Origin: an uncultured Gemmatimonadales bacterium
GTDB taxonomy: Bacteria > Gemmatimonadota > Gemmatimonadetes > Longimicrobiales > Gaopeijiaceae
Assembly: GCA_963823035.1 (NCBI GenBank)
Contig: CAWGKG010000010.1
Coordinates: forward strand, 32,001 to 96,000
DNA: 64,000 nucleotides
Reading direction: 5' to 3'
Within the stretch, counting starts at the first letter, position 1. Every line of letters begins with the position of its first letter. Below are positions 20,538 to 29,993 of this stretch, piece after piece. The notes beneath the pieces are model-generated. The model was given only the letters and a program-made list of their open reading frames with translations, searched no databases and was not told the DNA's origin. The position numbers and the translations under genes are program-made.

Positions 20538-20951
20538 TGTCCCGGGATGCCGAGATGGACGCGCTGCGAGTCCTGATCGTCGACGACGAGGAGGAGTTGG
20601 TCAGCGCTCTCGAGGAGCGGCTGCGTCTGCGCGGCTTCCACGCGCGTGGCGTCACCACCGGCGCGGACGCGCTCGCGTTCCTCGAGAGAGAGCCGTGCGA
20701 CGTGGTGTTGCTCGACGTGAAGATGCCCGGTCTCGGCGGGCTCGAGGTGATCCGGAGGATCAAGGAGGCTCGGCCCCACCTCGAGGTGGTCCTCGCTCAC
20801 CGGCCACGGCTCGTCCGTGAGCGTCGAGCAGGGGATGGAGGCGGGGGCGTTCGAGTACCTCATGAAGCCCGTGAAGATCGACGACCTGGCCCGCATCCTC
20901 CGCAGCGCGGGGACCCGCCACCAGGTCGAAGAGGGAGGTGAGGGAGCATGA
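20537..20951 (+). CDS. Stand-alone receiver protein (frameshift near 20795)
   Basis: VLIVDDE and DVKMPG; continues LTGHGS...YLMKP in the shifted frame to a TGA that overlaps the next ATG. Confidence 0.85.
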
Positions 20952-21379
20952 AGGACTGCAAGGTGCTGCTCGTCGACGACGAGGCGGACTTCGTCGAGGC
21001 GCTGGCGGAGCGGCTGGAGGCGCGAGGCTTCGAGACCGACACCGCCCCCACGGGTCTGACGGCGGTAGCGAAGGCCGAGGAGAGGCGTTACGACGCCATC
21101 GTGCTGGACATGGCGATGCCCGGGATGGACGGCATCGAGACGCTCGAGCGCCTGCTCGAGCTCAACCCGGACCTGCAGGTGATCCTCCTGACCGGGCGGG
21201 CTACGCTGGAGCAGGCCGCCACCGCGATCAAGCTCGGCGCGCTCGACCTGCTGGAGAAGCCGGCCGAGATCGAGCTGCTGGTGAAGAAGATCGAGGCCGC
21301 GGCCGAACGGCGATGGACGCTGGAGGACCAGCGGATCGGGGAGCGGGTGGACGACATCCTGCGCAAGAAGGGGTGGTGA
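20948..21379 (+). CDS. Stand-alone receiver protein
   Basis: VLLVDDE, DMAMPG, LTG, EKP, tail ILRKKGW. Confidence 0.92.
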   Translation: MKDCKVLLVDDEADFVEALAERLEARGFETDTAPTGLTAVAKAEERRYDAIVLDMAMPGMDGIETLERLLELNPDLQVILLTGRATLEQAATAIKLGALDLLEKPAEIELLVKKIEAAAERRWTLEDQRIGERVDDILRKKGW

Positions 21380-21380
21380 C

Positions 21381-21932
21381 ATGGACAACGCCGCGCCGGC
21401 CTCGCCGGACGCCCTGAAGCGGGTTGCGGAGGTCATGATCCCACTCGATCGCTACCCCTCGGTGCACCCCGACGACACGCTGCGCAAGGCCGTCTCGGTC
21501 ATCGAGGACTCGCATCTGGAGGTGGGGCGGCGGCGTTCGCTGCCGCGCGTGCTCCTGGTGGTCGAGAACGGTGAGGAGCTCGTCGGCATCCTTCGCCGCC
21601 GGGACATCATGCGCGGGCTCGAGCCGAGGTTCCTGGTGAGCCAGCGCATGGAGTACCGGAAGAAGTTCTTCGACGTCGCCGTCGATCCGAATCTCTCGGA
21701 GCTGCCCTTCGACCGGGTCGTCAAGGGGATCCAGGCCCAGGCCGACCGCCCCGTGCGCGACGTGATGCGCGGGGTGGAGGCGACCATCCATCCGGACGAC
21801 CACGTCATGAAGGCCGTCTACGAGATGGTCTCGCTCAACCAGAGCCTGATCCCCGTCGTGCAGGATGGTCGCGTGCTGGGAGTGATCCGTTCCGTAGATG
21901 TGTTCCACGAGCTGGCGCAGCTCCTCCGATGA
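21381..21932 (+). CDS. CBS-pair protein
   Basis: VAEVMIP...VGILRRRD and VRDVM...VLGVIRSVD. Confidence 0.88.
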   Translation: MDNAAPASPDALKRVAEVMIPLDRYPSVHPDDTLRKAVSVIEDSHLEVGRRRSLPRVLLVVENGEELVGILRRRDIMRGLEPRFLVSQRMEYRKKFFDVAVDPNLSELPFDRVVKGIQAQADRPVRDVMRGVEATIHPDDHVMKAVYEMVSLNQSLIPVVQDGRVLGVIRSVDVFHELAQLLR

Positions 21933-21983
21933 GGATCGCGCACGCTCCGGAGCCCACGTCTTCGAGTGGCCCGAGGCCAGGTC

Positions 21984-23573
21984 ATGACGATAGATCCTAC
22001 GTACGATGCGTCGCCCGCAGTCGGAGATTCCCCGCATCCCCGGGAACAACCGGTGCGGCGCTCACGCCGGGAAAGGAAGGCGACGGGGCCCGGCGATCCC
22101 GGCGGCCGCGCGCGCGGCGAGGCGGCGCGGAAGGTCGACTGGAAGCGGACGGCGTTCATCCTCCTCGGGCTCGGGCTGTTCGCGGGCGTCTACCTCGCGC
22201 CTTCTCCGGCGCCCGCGATCGATCCGCAGGGGCAGGCGTTCGCCCTCTCCCGCGAGGGTCAGGCGGCCCTCGCGCTCTTCTTCCTCGCGGCGACCTGGTG
22301 GGTGACCGAGGTCATCCCGATCGGCGTGACCAGCATCACCATCGGGGTGGTGCAGGCGCTCTTCCTGATCCGGCCGGCGCGCGACGCCTTCACCGACTTC
22401 ATGGATCCGTCGGTGTGGTTCATCTTCGGCTCGCTCATGATCGGGATGGTCTTCACGAAGACCGGCCTCACCCGGCGGCTGGCGTACCGGATGCTCTCCG
22501 TGGTGGGCGAGCGCACGAGCATGATCTACCTCGGCTGCTTCGTCATGACCGCGGCGCTCACGCTCATCATGGCGCACACGGCCGTGGCGGCCACGGTCTA
22601 CCCGCTCTTCCTGGCGATCTACGCGCTGTACACCGAGGAGAGCGCGCCCACCCGCTTCGGGAAGGGGCTGTTCATGGGGATGGCGTTCGTGGCGGGCGCG
22701 GGCAGCATCATCACGCTGCTCGGCGCCGCGCGCGGCGCGGTGGCGATCGGCTTCTTCCTCGACATCACCGGGCGGCAGATCGACTTCTTCGAGCTCACGT
22801 ACTACATGCTGCCCATCGGCGCGCTCATGGTCGTGCTGCTGTGGGTGTTCTTCATGCTCTGGTATCCGCCCGAGCGGAAGAGCATCCCCGGGCTGCGCGA
22901 CAGGGTGAACCGCCTCTATGCGACGCTCGGGCCCATGAGCCGCAACGAGATCCTCTCGCTCGTCATCGTCCTCTCGACGATCGCGGTCCTGAGCCTGCGC
23001 TCCTTCGTGCCCGCGCTCGCGCCGCTCGACAAGAGCGCGATCATCCTGGTGCCCATCGTCCTCCTCTTCCTCCTGAACATCCTGGAGCTGGAGGACCTGG
23101 AGAACGCGTCGTGGAACATCGTCTTCCTCTTCGGCGGCGCGATGAGCATCGGCTTCTGCCTGTGGAGGACCGGCGCGGCCGAGTGGCTGGCCGTGCTCTG
23201 GCTCGGGCTGTTCCAGCAGGCGCACTGGCTGGTGTTCGTGCTCGGGATGGCGGCCTTCGTGCTGGTGATGACCAACCTCATCATGAACGTGGCGGCCATC
23301 GCGATCACGATGCCCGTGGCGCTCGTGATCGCGCCCTACGTGGGCGTCGCGCCCGAGGTGGTGTTGTTCTCCTCGCTGGTCACGGCCGGGATGCCCTTCC
23401 TCCTCCTCGTCGGCGCGGCGCCCAACGCGATCGCCTACGGCAGCAGGCAGTTCACCACGCGGGAGTTCTTCACCGCCGGGATCCCCGCGAGCCTGCTCCT
23501 GCTGGCGGTGCTCGGGCTGTTCGTGTGGCTCATCTGGCCGATGATGGGGATGCCGGTGCTGGTGGGAGGGTAG
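21984..23573 (+). CDS. SLC13/DASS-family permease
   Basis: WWVTEVIPIGVT, TGLTRRLA, WNIVFLFGG, TGAAEWLA, APNAIAY; many TM helices. Confidence 0.9.
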   Translation: MTIDPTYDASPAVGDSPHPREQPVRRSRRERKATGPGDPGGRARGEAARKVDWKRTAFILLGLGLFAGVYLAPSPAPAIDPQGQAFALSREGQAALALFFLAATWWVTEVIPIGVTSITIGVVQALFLIRPARDAFTDFMDPSVWFIFGSLMIGMVFTKTGLTRRLAYRMLSVVGERTSMIYLGCFVMTAALTLIMAHTAVAATVYPLFLAIYALYTEESAPTRFGKGLFMGMAFVAGAGSIITLLGAARGAVAIGFFLDITGRQIDFFELTYYMLPIGALMVVLLWVFFMLWYPPERKSIPGLRDRVNRLYATLGPMSRNEILSLVIVLSTIAVLSLRSFVPALAPLDKSAIILVPIVLLFLLNILELEDLENASWNIVFLFGGAMSIGFCLWRTGAAEWLAVLWLGLFQQAHWLVFVLGMAAFVLVMTNLIMNVAAIAITMPVALVIAPYVGVAPEVVLFSSLVTAGMPFLLLVGAAPNAIAYGSRQFTTREFFTAGIPASLLLLAVLGLFVWLIWPMMGMPVLVGG

Positions 23574-23610
23574 GGAGGGAGCGCGGTCCGCGTGCCGGCG
23601 GCCGAGCTCA

Positions 23611-23878
23611 TCAGGCGAACCGCTTCGCCCGCCCGGGCCTTCGCCTTGGCCGCCTCGACCTCCCGGTTCCTCGGATCCGCGCGCGTCGTGAGCCCGGCAA
23701 GCAGCTCGGCCGCCGCCTCCGCGACCCGGTCCACGGCCCGGTGGAACGCGACTTCGTTCGCCTGCGAGGGCTTGGTGAAGCCGCTGACCTTGCGCACGAA
23801 CTGAAGGGCCGACGCCCGGATCTCGTCCTCGGTGGCCGGGGGGTCGAAGTTGTAGAGCGTCCTGATGTTGCGGCACAT
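23611..23878 (-). CDS. DUF2277-family protein (frameshift near the C-terminus)
   Basis: MCRNIRTLYNFDPPAT...LQFVRKVSG; the natural end AKRFA-stop is in the shifted frame. Confidence 0.85.
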
Positions 23879-23896
23879 GGATGATTCCTCCGACTT

Positions 23897-24250
23897 CCAG
23901 AAGCCCAGCGTCTCGGGGACGAAGACGACACGGATGCGGTGCCGAGGATCCTGATGAAGGATGAGGGTCTGCGCCAGGAGCGAGCCGGGAGGCCACCAGG
24001 ATCTGTCCGTCTTCCGTGACCGCATGCGCGCTCCCGAGGATGAAGTCGGGGGCGGCCCCGAGCTTGCGCATCTCTCGGGCTTGCGTCTCGCGGTCGAGCG
24101 TTCGGAGCCGGGATCGTACCGAGTCGTAGCGTCCGGACTCGTCGATCACGGAGGTGATCCCCAGCACGCGTAGCGTCTCCGAGAGGGCGGCGTGGACCTC
24201 CGCACCTTCGGGAAGAAGGTCGAGCACCCGGCTTCGCGCGTCCGCTCCGC
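23897..24250 (-). pseudogene. Truncated and internally deleted LUD-domain (lactate utilisation) gene
   Basis: VLDLLPEGAEV...GSAHAVTEDGQILVAS joined directly to a C-terminal IRVVFVPETLGF. No start found. Confidence 0.6.
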
Positions 24251-24358
24251 CGTCGGGGCGGGGTCATGAATCGGGCTCCTTGGACGGGTGAGGCGGGCGT
24301 CGCGCCGCGGCCGCGTCGATCACCACCGCCAATGTAGGGAGACCCCTTGCCTCCCGTA

Positions 24359-24380
24359 TTCATCATATTATCATGATGAA
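24359..24380. promoter_or_regulatory. AT-rich palindrome upstream of the nos operon
   Basis: TTCATCAT-ATTATC-ATGATGAA. Confidence 0.65.
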
Positions 24381-24492
24381 AGCGTTATTGGGCCAGGAAG
24401 ACCACCGTTCAGGACCTGAGGGTTTCTGACGACGTCGGAAACATCATACACACATGACGAATTACCGACCATCATGCAATGGAGGCGTGGGA

Positions 24493-24936
24493 ATGAACGC
24501 GGCGATGCGAGGAATGGCGTTGGGAGCTCTGATCTCGGTGGGCGCGCTCGGAGGATGCGGCGGCAGCCAGGACCAGGCGGACTCCGGTCAGGCTGCGACG
24601 GAGGCCGCGGGGGCCGCGGGTGAGATGGCCGCGGTCACTCCCGATGCACGTCAGCAGGCGCAAGAGATCTTCGGGACCCGATGCGCCGTCTGTCACGGCG
24701 CCGAGGGTCGGGGGGACGGCCCTGGGGCGGCCGGTCTGACGCCGCGTCCGCGCAACTACCACGACGTGGCGTGGCAGGACAGCGTGACCGACCAGGAGAT
24801 CGAGACCGCCATCGTCTATGGCGGCGCCGCCGTGGGCCGGAGCCCCGCCATGGTCGGCAACCCCGACCTCGGCAGCAAGCCGGCCGTCGTGGCTGCGCTC
24901 CGAGAGATGATCCGGAACTTCGGGAAGCAGAACTAG
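24493..24936 (+). CDS. Monohaem c-type cytochrome lipoprotein
   Basis: Lipobox LGGC, CAVCH, GRGDGP, distal SPAM. Confidence 0.9.
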   Translation: MNAAMRGMALGALISVGALGGCGGSQDQADSGQAATEAAGAAGEMAAVTPDARQQAQEIFGTRCAVCHGAEGRGDGPGAAGLTPRPRNYHDVAWQDSVTDQEIETAIVYGGAAVGRSPAMVGNPDLGSKPAVVAALREMIRNFGKQN

Positions 24937-24977
24937 TGCTGCACCGTTGGCGAGACAACCAAGAAGGAGGGAGCCTC

Positions 24978-26939
24978 ATGGTAGCGGAGAGTTGGATGAG
25001 CCGGGTTGGGCGGCTGCTCCTGACAACCACCGCGGTCGCGGTGCTGGCGGGCTGCGGCGGATCAGGAGACGGTGGTGCGGGTGGCGCCTCGGTGCAGGAC
25101 CTGATGCGCTCGCGGAATCTGAGTGAGGCGGACGTGGTCGCGGCGCTCAAGACCTACACACCGACGGGGCGCATGGACCCGTTCGTGATGTTCGCCTCCG
25201 GCGGTCACAGCGGTCAGGTGATCGTGATCGGCGTGCCGTCCATGCGCATCCTGAAGTACATCGGCGTCTTCACGCCCGAGCCGTGGCAGGGCTACGGGTT
25301 CGACGACCAGACGCGGGGGCTCATGGCCAGCAGCTCTCCCAGAGGCAAGAGCCTGACCTGGGGAGACAGCCACCATCCGGCCTTCAGCGAGACGGACGGT
25401 GACTACGACGGCCAGTTCCTGTTCATCAACGACAAGGCGAACGCCCGCGTGGCCGTGGTGAGCCTCAAGGACTTCGTGACCACCCAGATCGTGCACTCCC
25501 CGATCCTGGGCACGGACCACGGCGGTACGTTCGTCACGCCGAACACCGACTACATCATCGAGGGCGGACAGTACCCGGTGCCCCTCGACGGAAGCTACGC
25601 GCCGATCTCCGACTTCGACGACACGTACCGGGGCGCCGTGATGTTCTGGAAGTTCGACCGCCAGAGCGGGCAGATCGATGCTTCGCAGTCGTTCGCCATG
25701 GAGTTGCCGCCCTACATGCAGGACCTGTCGGACGCGGGCAAGGTGTCCAGCGACGGATGGGTGTTCATCAACTCGTTCGACACCGAGCGTTCGCACGGTG
25801 GCAACATGGAGGGCGAGCCTCCCCTCGAGTCCGGGGCCTCCCAGAACGACATGGACTACCTGCACGTCATCGATTGGCGCCGGGCCGCGGAAGTCGCCGC
25901 GCAGGCGGGCAAGACCCGGCTCGTCCAGGGCGTGCGGGTGATCCCGCTCGCCACCTCCGTCGAGGAGGGGTTGCTGTACTTCGTGCCGGAGCCCAAGAGT
26001 CCGCACGGCGTGGACGTGACACCGGACGGCCAGTACCTGGCGGTTTCCGGCAAGCTGGACACGCACGAGACCATCTACGACTGGTCGAAGATCAAGCAGG
26101 CCATCGACGCGAAGACCTTCGAGGGCGCGGATCCCTACGGCGTGCCGATCATCGGGTTCCAGACGGCGCTGCACGGGCAGGTGGAGATCGGTCTCGGGCC
26201 GCTGCACACCCAGTGGGACGACCAGGGCAACGGCTATACCTCGCTCTTCATCGAGTCGAAGATCGCGAAGTGGTCGCTCACGGACATGAAGGTCCTCGAG
26301 AAGATCCCCGTGCACTACAACATCGGCCACCTGGCCACGCCGGAGGGCGACACCCGGCACCCCAGGGGCCAATACGTCGTGGCGCTGGACAAGTGGTCCA
26401 TCGACCGGTTCAACAACGTCGGTCCCCTCATGCCCCAGAACATGCAGCTGATCGACGTGACCACGCCGCAGATGCAGCTGCTCTACGACCTCCCCATCGG
26501 GATGGGCGAGCCGCACTACGCCCAGATCATCAGCGCGGACAAGCTGAACGCCTCGCAGATGTACACGCCGGTGGGTGAGAACCAGGTGACGCACCAGCCC
26601 GACGCGGACGCGGTGACGTCGGAGGATCAGGCGCGCGTCGTTCGGCGCGGGCGTGTGGTGGACGTCTACATGACGGCGGTCCGCAGCCACTTCAGGCCGG
26701 ACCGGGTCGAGGTGAACCGGGGCGACACCGTGCACTTCCACCTCACCAACCTGGAGCAGACACCGGATGCCACGCACGGGTTCGGTCTGGGGAAGTACGA
26801 CGTCAATCTCAGCCTCGAGCCGGGCAAGACGGCCAACGTCACGATCGTAGCGGACATGGCCGGTGTGTTCCCGTACTACTGCACCGAGTTCTGCTCCGCG
26901 CTGCACCTGGAGATGATGGGCTATCTGCTGGTGAAGTAG
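24978..26939 (+). CDS. nosZ: Nitrous oxide reductase, clade II (Sec/lipoprotein signal)
   Basis: Seven CuZ histidines (DSHH, DHG, PHG, GPLH, IGH, EPH), CuA site THGF plus CTEFCSALHLEM, LAGC lipobox, no twin-arginine motif. Confidence 0.97.
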   Translation: MVAESWMSRVGRLLLTTTAVAVLAGCGGSGDGGAGGASVQDLMRSRNLSEADVVAALKTYTPTGRMDPFVMFASGGHSGQVIVIGVPSMRILKYIGVFTPEPWQGYGFDDQTRGLMASSSPRGKSLTWGDSHHPAFSETDGDYDGQFLFINDKANARVAVVSLKDFVTTQIVHSPILGTDHGGTFVTPNTDYIIEGGQYPVPLDGSYAPISDFDDTYRGAVMFWKFDRQSGQIDASQSFAMELPPYMQDLSDAGKVSSDGWVFINSFDTERSHGGNMEGEPPLESGASQNDMDYLHVIDWRRAAEVAAQAGKTRLVQGVRVIPLATSVEEGLLYFVPEPKSPHGVDVTPDGQYLAVSGKLDTHETIYDWSKIKQAIDAKTFEGADPYGVPIIGFQTALHGQVEIGLGPLHTQWDDQGNGYTSLFIESKIAKWSLTDMKVLEKIPVHYNIGHLATPEGDTRHPRGQYVVALDKWSIDRFNNVGPLMPQNMQLIDVTTPQMQLLYDLPIGMGEPHYAQIISADKLNASQMYTPVGENQVTHQPDADAVTSEDQARVVRRGRVVDVYMTAVRSHFRPDRVEVNRGDTVHFHLTNLEQTPDATHGFGLGKYDVNLSLEPGKTANVTIVADMAGVFPYYCTEFCSALHLEMMGYLLVK

Positions 26940-26955
26940 CGGCCCCGAGGCGCGT

Positions 26956-26983
26956 CCCGGGCCGGTCGCACGACCGGCCCGGG
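26956..26983 (+). other. Stem-loop between nosZ and nosD
   Basis: CCCGGGCCGGTCG-CA-CGACCGGCCCGGG. Confidence 0.6.
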
Positions 26984-27027
26984 GCACCGAGGAACAGACC
27001 TGCGACCCGAGAAGGGCGAAGGGAGGG

Positions 27028-28350
27028 ATGAGCACGGTGTCCGTGGTACGGAAGGTGGCCTGGATCGGCCTGGCCGTGGTGGTGGCCGTCGCGCCGTCCG
27101 GCGCGATCCGGGGGCCCGCGCCGGTGCGGACGACCGCGATCGCCGACGTGCCTTGCCCGCGCGGGGGCCGCATGCTGGCGGCGGGCATCGCGTTGCAGGC
27201 CGTGGTGGACACCACGGGAGAGGGCGCCGTTCTCTGCCTGTCGGCGGGTCGATACGAGGGTCCTCTGGAGATCCGCGGACGGCTCACCCTGCACGGACCG
27301 GAGAACGCGGTGATCCACTCCGACGGCGCCGGCACGACCGTGCGGGTCCTGGCGGACAGCGCCGTCCTGACGGGCTTCACGGTGGACGGCAGCGGTCGGC
27401 GCTACGACAAGATGGACGCCGCGGTCTACCTGCACGGGAAGGGGATCGAGGCGCGCGGACTGCACGTGCGCAACGCGCTCTTCGGCATCGTGGCCGAACA
27501 GTCGGACGGCCTGGCCATCACGGACAATCGCGTCGCCGGCCTGGCGGAGCTGCCCGTGGGCATCCGCGGAGACGGGATCCGTCTGTGGGAGGTGCGCCAC
27601 TCGCTCGTCGCGGGAAACCGGCTGACGGACTCCCGTGACATCCTGGTGTGGTACTCGCCCGGCAACCTCATCTCGGGCAATACCGTGGTGCGCAGCCGAT
27701 ACGCCACGCACTTCATGTACTCGGACGACTGCGTGGTGGAGGACGCCGCATACCGGGAGAACATCGTCGGCGTCTTCGTCATGTACTCCCGCGGCATCAC
27801 GTTGCGGAACAACCTGATCACGGACAACTCGGTCGTCGACGGCATGGGACTGGGTGTGAAGGAGTCCGGCAACCTCGTGGTGGAGGGCAACCGCTTCGTC
27901 CACGACCGCGCGTGCCTCTATCTCGACACCTCGCCCTTTCGTGACGGCGACTCGGTCCTGGTGCGCGGCAACACCTTCGCGCGCTGCACGGCCGGGGTCA
28001 CGTTCCACAGCAGCGAGCGCCACAACTCCTTCGAGGACAACGCATTCCACGAGAACCAGACGCAGGTGGCCGTGGAGGGCCGCGGCACGGCTCAGGGCGT
28101 GTCCTGGGGAAGGAACTACTTCGACGACTACCAGGGCTACGACCTGGACGGCGACGGAACGGGCGACGTGCCCTACGAGCTGCGCAGCCTGTCGGAGCGG
28201 CTGGTCGCGAGTCATCCGGGGCTGGCGTTCTTCCGGGGGACCATCGCGCTCGAACTGCTCGACGTGGCCGCGCGGGTCTTCCCGCTGCTCCAACCCGAAA
28301 CCCTTCTGGTGGACCCACAGCCGCGCATGTCCCCCCCGGGGACGGCTTGA
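27028..28350 (+). CDS. nosD: NosZ maturation protein NosD
   Basis: RGDGIRLW, RYATHFMYS, MYS, GNRF beta-helix repeats, GYDLDGDGTGDVPY. Confidence 0.95.
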   Translation: MSTVSVVRKVAWIGLAVVVAVAPSGAIRGPAPVRTTAIADVPCPRGGRMLAAGIALQAVVDTTGEGAVLCLSAGRYEGPLEIRGRLTLHGPENAVIHSDGAGTTVRVLADSAVLTGFTVDGSGRRYDKMDAAVYLHGKGIEARGLHVRNALFGIVAEQSDGLAITDNRVAGLAELPVGIRGDGIRLWEVRHSLVAGNRLTDSRDILVWYSPGNLISGNTVVRSRYATHFMYSDDCVVEDAAYRENIVGVFVMYSRGITLRNNLITDNSVVDGMGLGVKESGNLVVEGNRFVHDRACLYLDTSPFRDGDSVLVRGNTFARCTAGVTFHSSERHNSFEDNAFHENQTQVAVEGRGTAQGVSWGRNYFDDYQGYDLDGDGTGDVPYELRSLSERLVASHPGLAFFRGTIALELLDVAARVFPLLQPETLLVDPQPRMSPPGTA

Positions 28351-28369
28351 GCGGAGGCGACGGAAGACG

Positions 28370-29101
28370 ATGCGAGTGGTGCTGAAGGACGTACGTAAGC
28401 GATTCGACGGGGTGCAGGCGCTGGCCGGCGTCTCGCTCGACATCGCCGCGGGAGAGCGGGTGGCGTTGGTGGGTCCGAACGGCTCGGGAAAGTCGACGCT
28501 GGTGCGGGCCGTGATGGGCATCGTGCGCTGCGACGGGGTCGTGCTGGTGGACGAGGCGGATCCCTTCGAGCATCGGACGCGGTTGGCGGCGCGGCTGGCG
28601 TACGTTCCGCAGACGGCGCCGCAGCTCGGAGCCACGGTGGGCGAGGTCACGCGCGCCGTCTCGACGCTGCGTGGGTTGGACCCGGCGGAGATGCGGCATT
28701 CCGCGGAGGTGATGGAGTTGGACCTGGACGCGCTGCGTCGCCGCCCGGTGCGCGAGCTCTCGGGCGGCATGAAGCAGAAGCTGCTCATCACGTTGGCGCT
28801 CGCAGCGCCGGTCTCCTTGCTCATCATGGACGAGCCCACGGCAAGCCTGGACGCAGGCGCGCGCGAGGCGTTCTTCCGACTCTTCCACGAGCAGGCAAAG
28901 GGGGCAACGCTCCTGCTCAGCTCCCACCGCCTCGACGAGGTCCGCCGCCTGGTCGACCGCGTCGTCGCGCTGGAGGAGGGCAGCGTCGTGCTGGACGGAC
29001 ACGTCTCCTCACAGGAGGTCGCCGAACGGCTTCACGGTGGAGCGCCCTGGGCGGACGTTCGCGACCTGGCGCGATGCGCGGGTGAGGGGTGGGGGTCATG
29101 A
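28370..29101 (+). CDS. nosF: ABC ATPase NosF
   Basis: GPNGSGKS, LSGGMKQK, MDEPT; lies between nosD and nosY. Confidence 0.9.
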   Translation: MRVVLKDVRKRFDGVQALAGVSLDIAAGERVALVGPNGSGKSTLVRAVMGIVRCDGVVLVDEADPFEHRTRLAARLAYVPQTAPQLGATVGEVTRAVSTLRGLDPAEMRHSAEVMELDLDALRRRPVRELSGGMKQKLLITLALAAPVSLLIMDEPTASLDAGAREAFFRLFHEQAKGATLLLSSHRLDEVRRLVDRVVALEEGSVVLDGHVSSQEVAERLHGGAPWADVRDLARCAGEGWGS

Positions 29102-29970
29102 GCGGCGTGGCGACGGTGGCGAAGGGAGGGCCCGGGAGCTGGACACGGGTCGCGGCGGTGGCCCGACTGGAGCTGGGCGACGTGCTCCGCTCGCGGTGGC
29201 TGGTATTCTGCGGCGGGCTGTACGCCGTGCTGGCCGCTCTGTTCATCCTGGTGGGAATGCGCGAGTCCCGCGTGATGGGGTTCACGGGCATCGGCCGTGT
29301 CCTGCTGTCCCTCAGCCACGCCCTGGTCGTGCTCCTGCCCCTGCTGGCGCTCACGGGGACCGGCCTCGTGGTGAGTCGGGCGCGCAGGGACGGCACGCTC
29401 GAGCTGCTGTTCAGCCACCCCGTCACCCGCGCCGACTACTTCGGCGCCGTGACGCTGGTGCGCTACGGCGCCCTCTTCCTCCCTCTGCTCGTGCTGCTGC
29501 CCGGCCTCGCCCTGGTCGGCTCGGTGGGCTTCGGCCTGCCGGTACCGTGGGCGTTCCTTCTCCGCGCGCTGGGGGTGAGCGCCGCGCTCCTGTGGAGCTT
29601 CACGGGCATCGGGCTCGCCATCTCCACCTACGTGAGCGAGCCGGACCGGGCCATGATGTACCTCCTGCTGACCTGGGTGCTGAGCGTGGCTCTGCTCGAC
29701 TTCGGCCTGGTCGGCTTGATGCTGCAGTGGAACCTGCCGGCCGCCGCCGTCTTCGCGCTGGCCGGCATCAACCCCGTCGAGACGGCTCGGCTCGCGCTCC
29801 TGTCCGGGGCCGAGCCTTCCCTGGGCGCCCTCGGACCCGTGGGCTTCTACCTGGCCGACACGCTCGGCTCCGGGTGGCTGTTCGTGGTCGGTGTGCTCTG
29901 GCCGCTGTTGGTGGGCTCGGTAGGGTGGGTGTCGGCCAGACGGCGGCTGCGTACCGGTGACCTTGTCTAG
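29098..29970 (+). CDS. nosY: ABC permease NosY
   Basis: GTLELLFSHPV, NPVETAR, six or more TM helices, ATGA overlap with nosF. Confidence 0.9.
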   Translation: MSGVATVAKGGPGSWTRVAAVARLELGDVLRSRWLVFCGGLYAVLAALFILVGMRESRVMGFTGIGRVLLSLSHALVVLLPLLALTGTGLVVSRARRDGTLELLFSHPVTRADYFGAVTLVRYGALFLPLLVLLPGLALVGSVGFGLPVPWAFLLRALGVSAALLWSFTGIGLAISTYVSEPDRAMMYLLLTWVLSVALLDFGLVGLMLQWNLPAAAVFALAGINPVETARLALLSGAEPSLGALGPVGFYLADTLGSGWLFVVGVLWPLLVGSVGWVSARRRLRTGDLV

Positions 29971-29993
29971 ACGATCGGCGGAGGGATGGAGAC

